Positions 48,207-64,000 of a stretch of DNA of 64,000 nt are shown here, one piece after another. This DNA comes from the human T2T-CHM13v2.0 reference genome, Homo sapiens. The notes under the pieces are model-generated. The model was not told where the DNA came from and searched no databases. It saw only the letters and a program-made list of their open reading frames with translations. The stretch is from assembly GCF_009914755.1 (NCBI RefSeq), contig NC_060931.1; one strand, given 5' to 3'. A program made the translations under genes and the position numbers. Position 1 is the stretch's first letter; each line of letters begins with the position of its first letter.

Positions 48207-49861
48207 ATAAAAATAAATAAATAAAAAATAAATGTAAAAAAAAAAAAGACCATCATAGTACTGTGAAGAGCCTGGTCATCATCCTTTTTTATGTAAGGAG
48301 TAGGAATCCATTTTAGTTTGCCCACCACTTTATATCACATTCCTTTTTTCCTCTGCACTAATGTTAACCTTCTTAAGATCCTCACCCACTTATTTGGCCT
48401 CATCCGTGTTTTGGCATTCTCTTCCACCACCCTGGGTAAATGTATGTACGGTTCCTGGGAGTTTTACAGAGGTCCTTGTGTTGAGAGCCCCTTTCACTTT
48501 AGCCCGCAGTTGTTTCTGATGACCTCCTTGAATGAACAGTTAAGTTCCTTTCAAGGCTGTTTCATTCTGTTTCCAGGTAAAATTTGGGGCTTGAGGTACT
48601 CTTCCCAAGGTACTCAAGACCTCAGAGTTTAATGTTTGCTTTTCATGATACTCTTTACCCCACTCTCCCTTCCATTCAGAGGTCCAGTCACCCCTGGGGG
48701 ATTTTCATGGGAGAGTGTAAACTTCTGTACTGGAGAAGCTTAAAAGTCTCACTTTCCATTTTCACGCTCAAGAGAAGCTCTCAAACCCTCTTTGGTGTGC
48801 CCGGCATCCCCTTATCCCCATTTCCCCTCTGTAATCTCACCATGTGTGCACACACATACACCTTGTATTGGTCCTCTCCATCTGTTTTCTTATTTAGACA
48901 ATTTAGACTAATTTTCCTCCATGGGCTTTTAGAAACACAGTGCTGGCAGTTGTAGTAAAAGAAGCAGGAAGGACCAACTGCTGAGACACATGCTAGAACA
49001 AAAATTGATTTACTAACTTAACTTGCTGCATCTGTAAAAGAGTGTTTACTTCTTGGAATGAGGAGTAAGTTATTTCATCTAGGAGACTGTCCACTGCCCC
49101 CAAATGGTTGCCAATTGGGTTAATTAGTTAAATGTTTCTGTGATGAGGACACCTGTCCAGTGGAAACTGGACCAAGGCCACCAATTTATTTCATGCTGGC
49201 CACCAGTTGTCAGTTAGCAAAACATACGTCTCCAGTTTAAAACTCTGGCTGAACTGAAAGAGAACATTGCTAATTTCTCATGGATAGTTCAATTGTTTAC
49301 AATAAATTGAAAAATACTGAGGAAAACATGAACATCAGTGGAATTTCCCAGTTCTCTGTTAAAAAACTCGCTAATTTAGGTTTAATTGTCTTAGAATTTG
49401 TCCAAATTCAGGATGAGCTAAGTTTACATTTATGAAGGATTTTTTTCCCTGATTACTTTAATGGCATAAACTATTTTTACAGGAAGAACTTATTTTTAAG
49501 GCTTTTCTAGGCAATACTATACCTTAAAATTTATTAAAAATCAATGAAAAATAATGTATAGTAACCAGTAAGTCATAAATAGAAGATGGAAAAAAGACCA
49601 ACCATTGCTTGAAAGTATTCAGTCTCACTAGAATAAAAATGAAAATTAAAATAAAAAAATACTTTTCAAGTATTTTAACAACACATATTTGCCAATAAAT
49701 GGTACCAATTATGATTGAATTCTATGTTGTCAAAAGCAAGAGACTTAATCTTATTTCATTAATATTTCTATATGTGTGACCTTAATAAAACTCTGCTTAT
49801 CTTGAAATATTATTTCACTAAAAATCTTCATATATATGAAAATTTAACTTTTCATATATGT

Positions 49862-49932
49862 GTTACATATATATTTTACTTATATATGTGTGTGTATGCA
49901 TGTGTGTGTATGTGTGTGCATGTATGTATATG
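49862..49932. repeat. (TG/TA)n microsatellite-like tract
   Basis: Direct reading. Confidence 0.8.
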
Positions 49933-49979
49933 TAAAACTTTCCACAAAGTCAACTGTAGCTATTTTAAATTTGAGGAGT

Positions 49980-50110
49980 CGTGGTGGCTCATGCCTGTAA
50001 TCCCAGCACTTTCGGAGGCCGAGGTGGGAGGATTGTTTGACCCCGGGAGTTTGAGACCAGCCTGGGCAACATAGCAAGACCCTGTCTCTATTAAAAATAA
50101 TAATAAATAA
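49980..50110 (+). mobile_element. FLAM/Alu monomer
   Basis: Left-arm monomer with A-rich tail. Confidence 0.85.
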
Positions 50111-50627
50111 TTTAAAAATTTAGAGAGTTTGCATCCTCTGTATTTGAGGTGGTTGGTGCTATTGATAATACAAAAATACATACTTGATTTTATCATGGAC
50201 TTTTGTATATGTTTGAATATGAATATGTTGGGGATACAACAATTTACTCCAAATAATATAAGAAGAATACTATGGAGATATGAATTGAGAGGACTTAGTA
50301 AGCAGCGTAAGTTGTGTTTTCCAGTATCTTTACCACATACTTCTGAAGACTATTTTGCTCACGCCTTCTTTTGTCCTTAGATAAGAACTGATTCTGAAAA
50401 CTATCCCTCTTTGTATTGCATAAGGGAAGAAACACATGAGAGGTAGGTAATATGGAAGATATGATGGATGCCACTATAAGCAGCCATGCCTAGGTTACCA
50501 CAGCCTTGTGTGAGGAAAAGCTGGGAAGAAGATCTATGACCACCTTGGATGGAAGGTGGTATTCAGTCCCCTTCCTGAGGCCCCTAGGCTTTTGGAACTG
50601 GGCTTAGAGCAGAAGAACAGAAAATAG

Positions 50628-50985
<358 letters not shown>

Positions 50986-52684
50986 TCTTTGTCTGATTTA
51001 TTGTCATTAATGTTTTCACTTAAAATGAGGTGAAACGTTCTTAGTTATATTAATCTCTTGGCCCCAAATCTTGTGTTTTTAAACCAAGACAGGATCTTTG
51101 CAATCCATAGTAATAGTGAGCAAGTGATTCTTTTAGATGGTAGCCTGGTTAACATAGGCTAGTTTATATTGCATTACTAAATGATCCTAATATCTTCTAA
51201 CAGATGTTTACTTCTCACTGATGTTACATGTCCATGTTAGGTCAAAGGGAAGCTCCTTGTATTCAGTATAGTCACTAAGGTACTTAAACTTGTCCATTTC
51301 CATCATACGTACTTTCCAGATTCCAGAAATATAAGAAGAAAAAAACACTGAAAGGTCTTGCCTCCGCAGTAAAATGGCTCAGTCAAGAAGTGACACACAC
51401 CACCACTGCCCAGAACCCATTGGCGAGAATTATTTACATAGCCCCACCCCAAGGCAACAAAGGGTAAAGAAAGAAAATACCCTTTCTACCCAGAAGGAGA
51501 ACTGGAAATACTGCTTAGCGGCACTAACATCTTCATAAATAGACTAGTTTACCTTTCTTTGGGCTAGCTCACATGGATTACAGAAGTGAGCTTACTATTT
51601 ATATGAACAAATATAAATTGACCTTTACTTTCTCTTTTTTTCCCGTAGTTTTGCAAGAAAAAACTTACTTTTATGATTTTTACATGTATTAATCTTTACA
51701 TTTCCTTTTCCTCCTTTTTGTACATTAACTGCTGAATTCAGAGTTTGAGTCATTATGTGGATTTTTGGTTGTTAAGGAGAGCATCCGGCCTGTTAATGCT
51801 CTCAAATGGGGTATCCCTCAGAAACCTCTCCTTGCAAAAGTAGCTTATGGATATTATCTTTTACCTGGGTAGAGGGGTTTCAGCTGCCTTGCTGACCTAT
51901 ATTTAGTGGAGGGCAGTAGACTAAGTGTTTTGGTTTGGCATTTATAATGCCTATTAGATGATTTAGATATGAGAATGAAACTAGCAGAGTGGTAAAATTA
52001 ACTAAAAGCTTAACTATCTAAAAAACATAATAATATCTTCTAGATAGAAATATGGGTCCCAGATTATCCATTCCTGAAATGCTCTATAGGATTGTGTATT
52101 TATGTGGCAATATTAAAAAACGTGGAACAGATAACTTGCTATAAATAAGCCACAACTTAGAATTCATGCTTTTAGTTAACTTACCATCAAATGTAGGTAT
52201 GAATAGTTGAAGACTTGTCATCAGAGACACATAGTGATAAGAATTTTGATTAGGTTTCAGAGTCGCGATTGACCCTAGAATCCAGCAGCCTCAGTATCAT
52301 AATCGATCCTACCTTCTTGCACATAAAAGCCTGAGCTCAGAAAGGCCCAGTGAGTTGGCCAAGCCCACAGCGTGTGGCAGCACAAGTTCTCATTGACCGC
52401 TGCCTTACATGTGGGCCCCATGCAGTTTCCCCTCAATATTCTTTCCTACTGCAGTCCTAGCTAGGTTGGCTTTTTCTTTTCTAAGCTAGGAGTTTAAGTA
52501 TGGAAATAATGATATTATCCTTATGAAATGCTTTAACTTGTCAAAAGTGTCTCTGTAACTTGTAGGTGTTGTAAATCTGCGGTCTTATTTCTACTTACTT
52601 GTAAGGAAGTCATATTCCTGACTACCTTGTCAAATACCAAAAAGTTCAGTTTTGCAGCCAGAGAATATCCTGTTTGAAAGACTT

Positions 52685-53113
52685 TGTGATGACTCATTTT
52701 ATGGGTCAACGTTGGTAGGCCACAGTACCCAGATATGTGGGTAAACATTATTCTAGAGTCTATGAAGTATCTTTTAGATGAGATGAACATTTAAAGCAGT
52801 GGGCTAAAGCAGATTACCTTCCTTAACGTGGATTGGCCTCATCAAATTCATTGAAGACCTTCATAGAAGAAGACTGACTTCCATCAGAGAAGAGGGGATT
52901 CTGCCAGCAGACTGTCTTTGGACTTGAACTGCAACATTAGTTCTTTCCTGGGTCTCTGGCCTGCAGGCCTACCCTGCAGATTTTGGATTTGCTAGTCCCT
53001 ACTGTCATATGAGACAATTCCTTAAAATCAATTTTAATATAAATATATATAGTATGTATAAAAAACACATATAAAGATATTAATTCTATTTTTCTGGAAA
53101 ACCTTGACAAACG
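52685..53113 (+). mobile_element. ERVL solo LTR (MLT2B/D-type)
   Basis: TGTGATGACTCATTTTATGGGTCAAC...TAAAGCAGATTACC...TTCTGGAAAACCTTGACAAA. Confidence 0.82.
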
Positions 53114-53180
53114 TAGGCTTCCTTGTGTTGCCGTTTGAACTAGCATGCTCTCTACCTCCCATTATATAGAGTATGTTTGG

Positions 53181-53499
53181 TTTTTTTTCACTTCTTTTTT
53201 TTTTTTTTTTTTGAGACAGTCTCGCTCTGTTGCCCAGGCTGGAGTCTGGAGTGCAGTGGTGCGATCTTGGCTCACTGCAAGCTCCGCCTCCTGGGTTCAT
53301 GCCATTCTCCCGCCTCAGCCTCCTGAGTAGCTGGGACTACAGGCACCTGCCATCACGCCCAGCTAATTTTTTTGTATTTTTAGTAGAGACGGGGTTTCAC
53401 CGTGTTAGCCAGGTTGGTCTAGATCTCCTGACCTGGTGATCCGCCTGCCTCGGCCTCCCAAAGTGCTGGGATTACAGGCGTGAGCCCCCACGCCCAGCC
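53181..53499 (-). mobile_element. AluY element
   Basis: Antisense AluY with a 7-nt internal duplication (CTGGAGT). Confidence 0.95.
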
Positions 53500-55797
53500 C
53501 AACTTCTTGTTCTTTAGTAATCCATTAAAACACTAGGCTTACAATTAGTGAAATGTACTTTTTGTCCTAATAGACTTTGTCTTATATATAGCATGTGTAT
53601 TGTCCTCTGAACTTCTCGTGTAAAAATATGAAAAACCGTGGGAACTCTCTTTACCCTTTTCTGCCTTACTCCCTAGATTGGTTGGTAAAGAGATAATTTG
53701 TGTAAAGTGCTATATTGTCTATAATTTAAAGTACTTTGGCATATATAACATAATATTTATGGGAGTAACTTTGTTTTAGGACCCTTTAGTTAATTTTCTA
53801 GGTATTTCAATCATGAATCCACACACTAGGATTAGTAAGTTATTATTTGAAAGACACTGATTAGAAGCCTGCACCCAGATATTGGTACTTTAAATCTACA
53901 CAAGACAATGTATTAACGTTAAGTATGCTACAAATAATTGGTGAAATGAATGATGTTGAAGATACAGGGGTTAGCCTTAGAAATATTTTATGTAACTAGA
54001 CTTTGGGTCAGGCGAGGCTTGCAGATTAACAGCTTTTGGAATAATAACCTAACTAGTACTCCATTTGATCCTGTTTTGTGGTATGTAGGATTCTGGTGAG
54101 TGATCCACTTAGAAGGTTAAATGTATCCTACTGTAGAATGTAGTTGCAACTGCTTTAAGTAAACCTTTCACACAGGCTACTTTTCAAAATGACTTTTAAG
54201 GACAGAAATCTGGGATTTTAGAGTTTTATGAGATAGGCCTATGAGTCTGTTTTTTGCACCTTCCAGTTAAGCAATGTTTTTACATGAGCAGAATTTAGTT
54301 TGAAATTTCTTTTCATTGTAACATACTCCTTATGTTAAAAGCTTGCAGAGGAGTAGACTAAAGCCCTCAGCTGTTTACATCTTTGGAGACTACCAGTGTT
54401 TACCCTAAATTGTCTGATGATTATAAACTCCAGTTTGGCTTACTTCATTTTGCAGCAAGCACCTAACATACTCCCGGGCACACACTGGACAATCAATACA
54501 CTAGATAATTCTACCTATTGTCGATCAGTGAACTAACCTTAATTTGGGGGAAGAAAAGGAAAGTTGAGATTATACATTGCTCTAAAGCTATTAGAATCCT
54601 CCTTTGTGAGGCTTGCCAGGTTGGTTTTTGGAATGTTAATATGTGGCTATCTTCTCCAGGCTTATTGTTAGTTTCAATTTAGAGCTTATTTTGCAGAGCC
54701 ACTGAAATCATGTGAAGGTGAGTCAGGGTTCTGCCAAGGAAGCTTGTGATGAGTGTAACCTGTTTGTGGAAGCATGTGAATGTTTGGCTTATCTCCAGGA
54801 GCACACTTTGCTAGCCATCATCTGAAACTCAGCATGCTAGGACCTGGAACATTTTTCATCTTTGATGTGTCAGGAAGATTTTACAGAACCTGGACCATAG
54901 CCTGAACTGAGACCGTGTGGAAGCATTGTGGGAGATTCCTTCCAGTCAGTATTTATAGAATATGCTGAATTTATTTAGACCTGCATTGATTAAAGAAAAT
55001 GTGTCATAAAGAAGTGAAGGAAATAAGTTTTTTTCTTATTGTTGAAAATGTATTGCTGCTGTTTTGAAAAAGTGTTGTGGTTCAAACTACTGAAAATGTA
55101 TATAAGATAATGATTCTAGTTGAAATCTTAAAATAAGCTAATTTTTACTTTATTTGCTTTTCATAGCCTTGGGTTGTTCGTTCAGAAATGTCCTTGCTAA
55201 CCGTGTTTGTAAACTTGTTACCCCTGAAAGCCTGTCTCTGCTGTGAAGCAGTGGATGAGGTCTTGTTTTGTTTCCTTTGATCGAGAAACCAGAATATCAC
55301 TTATTGGCTCTGAAACAAGAAGTCTTAAATTTAAACATCTTTTGTTTACTTTTCTCAGTGAAATAAAACAGGAACAATGTGAAGGTAGCTTGAACTACAA
55401 AAATACATATATCTTGTTGGTGTTGAACATTAGGACTCAGAATGCTGTTGGCCTTTAGAGTTTTTTGTGTTGCTGGAATACCAGGAGGAGTCATGCTCTG
55501 ATTATTATCTGATTAATTATCCATTTTTTTGTAGAGCAATTAAGGTTAATAAAAATAATAGAACTATTGTAAGAAAATGGAAAGAATCAAGATCATGTAG
55601 ATGAAAGGGCTTCCTGGTCAGAGAAAACACAGAAAGCCTGGCAGGCCATGAGCCATTGTGTAATGACAGTGCATTGCTCTAGACATAGGTGGGGATTTTG
55701 GCAGCCTAATCTATGTTCTAATACTAAGTCAGTTATGCAGATTTTTGCTTAAAGGGCATTAAACATCCTAGTGGGTGATATATTCAAAACATGTTTA

Positions 55798-55955
<158 letters not shown>

Positions 55956-56249
55956 GAGAGTATGATATGGGTAGTAGGTATCAGGGGAAATATTATCCCT
56001 CATATTACCCTGAGAAAGCTTTTCCTCTCCCCTCATTGAACCAAGCATAATTACATGGACTATTTCATTTTATTTTCCTAATACTCTTATGGGGATAGGC
56101 ATTATTATAAAAACCATTTTGTAAATAAGGAGACTGCGCCTTAGCATGGTTTTACAACTTGGCAAGTGCTACATAGCTAGGGAATTTAGGGGGCTTTAAA
56201 TTAGGTTAAAATTGGGACCATACCAATTGGGGATCGTATGAATTGGGAA

Positions 56250-58416
<2,167 letters not shown>

Positions 58417-59129
58417 AAGAATGAAATGGTGGCATAGTCATCTGATTGCTAGATGTCTCAAAAATTATACACAGTATCATTTTCCAATATGCAGTCTTAC
58501 TGTTTTAGGTTTGTTTTATTTAATTTCAGAATACTCTCAAATGAACTTTATAAACTAGCCCGAATAGGGAAGAACATTCTGATATCAGAGTGTTTGGGAT
58601 CCTGAAAAAAAAAATGTTGGGAAGGAGTTATTTATTTGAAACAGTTATTTCATACTTACTTTATATATAGACACACGCATACATATTTATTTACTTACTA
58701 GTATTAGTGAAATTGAGTGATGTTCCAGAATGAATACTGTTTAAACCATTGTTTTGCAGTCATAAACCGGGACCTATTAGCAGAAGTAGAGAAGTGGTAA
58801 ATATTAATGAATAATTTCCAGTCATATCTGCCAGTGATTTCCGGGACGCATGAGACCCAGGCCCAGCTAACTGTTATTTTGTGTGTAAAGCTTGCTTCTA
58901 TAGGCATTTTCCATTGCAGTACACTCAACTATCAATGTTTTCCAAAAAACTATAGATATGTGTATGTGTGTGTATATATATTTTGGTCTAGGGTCTTATA
59001 TTTGAAATATATATTCCTTCTCTTCTGCAGTCAAATATGTGAATTTCTGTTTATTCTTCAAGACTCAGGTCAAATATCTTTGCCTTCACAACTTCTTTAC
59101 CTTCTCAGGAAAATAAAAACAAAATAGTT

Positions 59130-59300
59130 GGTATATGCTGCTTTTATATCAGTTACCACATTATTTTGTAGGTGCTTATTTTGATTTCTGTGTCCTTCCT
59201 AAACTGTAAGCTACTAGAAACTATTCCTTCTCCAGTGCCTAGCACAATGTCAAACATGAGTTTAGAACTGTAAAATATTGTTGAATGAATAAATGTGAAT
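59130..59300 (+). mobile_element. L2 3' end
   Basis: taaactgtaagctactag...tctccagtgcctagcacaatg...aatattgttgaatgaataaatg. Confidence 0.7.
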
Positions 59301-59390
59301 AAGTGATTACTAAAAATATAAGAGGAAGTGAAGGATCAAAAGAGCTGTCTAAGAGAAAGTTGTAAGTATGACAATGTAAGAAGAATATTA

Positions 59391-59705
59391 GGCCAGGCAT
59401 AGTAGCTTAAGCTGGTAATCCCAGCACTTTGGGAGGCCAAGATGGGAGGATTGCTTGAGCCTGGGAATTCAAGACCAGCATGGGCAATATAGTGAGACCT
59501 CGCCTCTAAAAAAAAATTTTTTTTAATTAGCTGAGTGTGATGGCATGTGCCTGTAATCCTAGCTACTCAGGAGGCTACAGTGGGAGAATTACTTGAGCTC
59601 AGAAAGCAGAAGCTACAGTGAGCCTACTACTGCACTCCAGCTTGGAGTGCAGAGCAAGACCCTATCTCAATGAAAAAAAAAAGAAGAAGAAAAGAAAAAG
59701 AAAAA
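59391..59705 (+). mobile_element. AluJ element
   Basis: J-type dimer; TSD-like AATATTA. Confidence 0.92.
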
Positions 59706-61090
59706 TATTAGCATGGGAAACATGCTAATATTTATGAATATTATGAAAAGATAAATAAAAGCACTAACCCTATACTATGGAAATGTGCATTTTGATGCAG
59801 TAAGGTTTACTATGGTGAAGAAACATGGTAGAGACCAAATAGGGATCCAAGTGGCATGAGGCTATGAAAACATGTTGAAAGTCAAGAAGAAAACAGTACC
59901 CACTCAGGTACAAATCCTACAAATGATACTATTTAAGAAGCATGTACCATTAGGAGCTACATTATATCTGCTTCTATATATGCGTATGTATTTTTGGTTT
60001 ATAGGTTACCATATATAGAATATAGGAATTACTTGTTTTCCAATAATACAAATGTAAAGTGTCCATAGAACAGCAGGGCCAGCTTTGTAGGAAATAGACA
60101 TGATTTCTTTAGTCTTTGGCCTTCTTTTCTGCCTTCTGTTTCTACTGCATCTTTTTATAAATATTATTTTAAAATCTAATCCTAGATTTTATGATTTTTG
60201 GGGGAGCACAGTTTCTTTAGGCACAGTTTAGATGCATAATAATTATTGAATTTTATTGAAAATGCCAGTGTCTGTTATGTATATTAATTGGACTTGATGA
60301 ATTATACATTTATTTCTTTCATATATTTTTTCCTGTATTAAGAGAGGGATTGGACAACTACTTCAGTTCCTTTTAAGATAAACATTTCAGCAGAAATAAG
60401 GACAATCAAGTTTCTTATGGCTATATCTGAAGGCCACATTTAGTTGTCTTTTAAATGATGTAGGTAAGAAATAAACAGCTTCAATATCCTGTTTGCTGTA
60501 CAGCCCTTTAGCGATATTTTCATAATAATTTCATAAAAGTTTCAATGAGAATTCAATTTAAATGTATATGCAAGTAAAATGAGGGATGACAAACAAGAGC
60601 CCAGGACAGTGTTAGAATGGAGGTCAGGTTCAGTGATCTTATGATTGAGACAGCATTATAATACTGACACCCTGCTACTTCAGGGCTAGTATAGGTCATA
60701 CCATGAAACAGGTTCAGTGTAGGTATTTGCTTAGGTAGCTTCAAGATGGTTTACCTTAGTTTTATTGGGAAACAGCAGAGCGTTCCAGCTAATATGATTC
60801 ATTCTGATTCTATAAAAGGCGATAAATATTGCTATTCACATAATGTGTTCTGAGGCTACTTTGTCTCTTAAATGATTAAAAGTGGTACTATCGCTTACAC
60901 ATTTTAAAAATTAGTAAGTTACTTTTATACTGACTCAATTTTCCTTTTCTTAACATCTCAATTGATTTTAAAGACAAAACAGTTGTTTAGAAGAAATTCA
61001 TCACATGAATGTTTAAACTTACATAGTTTTGGATACCTGGCAGGTTTTTTTTTTTTTCTGTATTATCATCTTGTTGGCCTCTTACTACAG

Positions 61091-61223
61091 GTTTTCAACA
61101 CATACTCCAATGAAGACTATGACAGGAGAAATGACGAAGTTGACCCTGTGGCTGCTTCAGCTGAGTATGAACTTGAAAAACGTGTAGAAAAGCTGGAACT
61201 TTTCCCAGTGGAGCTAGAGAAAG
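61091..61223 (+). CDS. PPP1R9A: Internal coding exon of neurabin-1 (PP1-binding domain C-terminal part, leading into PDZ domain)
   Basis: Translates [44 protein letters not shown], recognised as neurabin-1 (the spinophilin paralog differs, e.g. [35 protein letters not shown]). Polypyrimidine tract and tacag acceptor at 61089-90; AAG|GTTCGT donor; 133 nt, phase 0 to phase 1. Confidence 0.96.
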
Positions 61224-61972
61224 GTTCGTGAGTGCTACAGTGTTAATATCATTATGTTGCTATGTTAATAATACAGAATTATTTTTCCAAAATGTAGCCT
61301 TTTTTCTAAGGATTGGATAAAATTTTAATTCTAACAGAGGATCTTATTTATTAAGTTTCAAAAATAGTTGATATGGATTCTGAGTAGATGGTGGATTGAA
61401 AGTTTTACTCCCAACTGAAACCCATCTATCTTAGCTGGCTGCGATGGTGGTTAGGATCAGGGAGGTATAAGTGAGGCCTAATGCTTTGTTGGTATTCCTG
61501 GAAAGGGCTGCTACAGCTGAGAGCCCAGAAAGAGCTGGTATATGAGAGCTTGGGGCAGATGGTCGCTTTCTTTTGTTTTGGTGGATAATTGGAAAATTAT
61601 GGAGATTTTTAATAAAGGCGGTAGAATCCAAGGAAATTTAAATAGTAGGGCTACATCCTCTCCCCCTCTGAGGGGAGAAGGTTGAAAGAGAGCAGGGAGA
61701 AGAGGGAGCAGAAAGGCTTCCTTCTGATTTCTCTCCCAGGAATGACACCCTGCCTACTGTAGTAACTGCTGACCCGTGGGATCAGAGATTACCAGGTAAG
61801 ATGTAAGATGGGCACCCAAGAACTGAACTGTCACTCAGTGAACAGAGAAATAACACCTCTGAGAGAGCTTTGAAAAAAAAAAGAGTAGAACAAACAGATG
61901 ATGACTTGAATAACAAGAAAAAAAGAAACAAAAACCTACCCAAGGATACTCAAGCATGGCTTAAAAAAAGAC

Positions 61973-62921
61973 ATTTGCAAATTATGCCTCTAACAAAGGA
62001 CTAATATTCAGAATCTATGTGGAACTCAAATACTCAACAACAACAACAACAAAAAGAAAGAAACCCATTAATAAGTGGGCAAAGGACACGAACAGGTATT
62101 TCTTAAAAGAAGACTTACAAGCAGTCAACAAACATGAAAAAACACTCCACATCACTAATCATCAGAGAAATGGAAATCAAAACCACAATGAGACACCATC
62201 TCACACCAGTCAGAACAGCTATTATTAATAAGTCAAAAACAGCAGATGTTAGCAAGGATGCAGAGAAAAGAAAATGGTTAGATACTGTTGGGGGAAATGT
62301 AAATCAGTACAATCTCTGGAAAACAGTGTGGAGATTTCTCAAATAATTGAACATAGAACTATCATTTGACCAAGCACTCCCACTACTGAATATCTCCCCA
62401 AAGGAAAAGAAATGGTATCAAAAAGAGACTTGTGCTTGTATGTTTAACAGAATACTATCCAATGGAAATAGTCTTGGAAATAGCAAAGTCATGGAATCAA
62501 CCTAAGTATTCATCAATAGATGACTGGATAAAGAAAATGGGGCATGTATACACTATGGACTACTGTGCAGCTATAAGAAAGAATGAAATCATGTCTTTTG
62601 CAGCAACATGGTTGGAGCTGGAGGCCATTATCCCTACATGAAATAACTCAGAAACACAGAGTTATTTGCTGCATGTTCTCACTTATAAGTGAGAGCTAAA
62701 CAGTGGGTACACATCAACATACAGAGCAGAGTAATAGACACTGGGGACTCCAAAAGTTTACGAGGGTGGGAGGGGGATGGGGCTTGACAAATAACCACTT
62801 GCGCACAATGCGAACTATTCAGGTAAAGGTTACACTAAAAGCCCAGACTCACCACTATGTAATATATCCATATAGCACACCTGCACATGTACTCCCCTGA
62901 ATTTATACAGATTTAAAAAAA
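61973..62921 (+). mobile_element. 5'-truncated L1PB/L1MA 3' end
   Basis: ORF2 C-terminus (...TSLIIREMEIKTTMRHHLTPVR..., AKSWNQPKY..) plus 3'UTR; TSD-like AAAAAAAGAC(A/G)TT. Confidence 0.88.
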
Positions 62922-62924
62922 GAC

Positions 62925-63700
62925 GTTCTTGAGCAACTTAGCAACAAGAACAAATTTCTTGATTTTGAAATGAAAAATTTCACCGGAAGAATTGAAAAGG
63001 ATAGTTATTGTTGAGACTTAAGTTGGCGATCTAGAAGATGACGTTTGAGAGATATTCCAAAAAGAATTCTCAAATGACAGAGCAAAAATCCAAGAAAAAT
63101 CATGAAAGAGTCCCAATATATAAGTTGTAGGCAACAGAAGAGAAAAACGACAATGGAGAAGGACAGACTAATAATAATCATAGAAGAAAAATTTCTTGTC
63201 CTTAAAAAGAAGATCTGAGGCTTATATTAGGAAGAACTTATCCATTTATGAGTGAGAGGGCTAAATAACCCCAAACTGATCCCACACTTAGGCATAGCCT
63301 GGGAAAAAATCCTAATATTCAAAGATAAAGTGAAAGAGCTTAAAAAATTCCAGGCCAAAAAATACCCAACCAAACAAACAAGCAAATATACTTGCAAAGG
63401 CAAAATAATTAGACTAGCATCAGACTGTAACACTAGAAGCAGGGAGATGTAGAAATAATTTTACATGCCACTGAGGGTAAAAAGGATGGTGATCCAAGAA
63501 TCCCATATCCATCCCAGAAAGCATTTACCTATCCTGGTGAAAGAAAGACATCTGCTGCTATCTAAGGATTTAAAGAACACATTGCCTACATACTTTATCT
63601 GAGTAATTCACTGTCCAATTTAGCAGGGAGGGAGTGAAACAAAGAGCAGCTTGTTCAAAACAGCAAGGGCAAGGAAAAAAGAGGTGAAAACTATGAAGTA
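62925..63700 (+). mobile_element. Ancient L1ME ORF1-region fragment
   Basis: A-rich; ataatcatagaagaaaaatttc, aaaataattagactagcatcagac, aagaatcccatatccatcc. Confidence 0.55.
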
Positions 63701-64000
63701 TTAAACATACAATTGCTTAAATGAAAAAGTATGAAGAATACTAGTCATATTACACCAAACATGACTGATGGATTACTCCTGTTAAAAGACACTTTCATTT
63801 GGAGTTAAAGTGAATTAAAGAGTAATGCTTACATTTTTCATACATTTTAAAACATAAAAGCCATTCTTAGTTCATTGGCCATACAAACACAGCTGGGCCA
63901 TCATATTACTTATTTTGGTAGTAGCAAAAAAACAAGACCAATCCAAATATTCATCAATGGTAGAAAGGGTCTATAAATTGTAGCATATCTAGGCAATAAA

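Noticed and set aside
53236-53256. 7-nt duplication in AluY suggesting AluYb8
   Set aside because: The duplicated unit (ACTCCAG on the Alu strand) differs from the Yb8 insertion as I recall it, other Yb8 diagnostics are absent, and the element shows CpG decay.
60962-61231. 89-aa ORF as a standalone protein
   Set aside because: Only 61091-61223 is exon; the N-terminal part is translated intron, including the polypyrimidine tract.

Overview
Human (primate) genomic DNA: AT-rich, CpG-poor and dense in repeats. It is almost entirely intronic sequence of PPP1R9A (neurabin-1, + strand). The only protein-coding exon is 133 nt at 61091-61223, encoding part of the PP1-binding domain up to the start of the PDZ domain. 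The rest is about 29 Alu/FLAM elements, old L1M/L2/MIR fragments, a twin-primed inverted L1PA, MaLR/ERVL/ERV1 solo LTRs, Tigger-type DNA transposons and a full-length processed U4 snRNA pseudogene. There is no prokaryote-type system (no CRISPR array, no operon), and nearly all track ORFs are spurious or repeat-derived. The most unusual structure is at 17447-19020. A MER2 transposon is split by a TSD-flanked, poly(A)-tailed ~1.27 kb minus-strand insertion that begins in the R/U5 of an LTR8 and reads into MIR-containing non-LTR DNA, consistent with a retrocopy of an LTR8-initiated transcript. Inside it sit a tiny TSD-flanked retrocopy of a HERV-H/LTR7 3' end and an AluS. Also notable: two non-tandem local templated duplications, a near-consensus AluY (Yc1-like), a candidate poison exon just after the coding exon, and tandem 5' splice donors. 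Repeat subfamily names come from recalled consensus sequences and boundaries are approximate.
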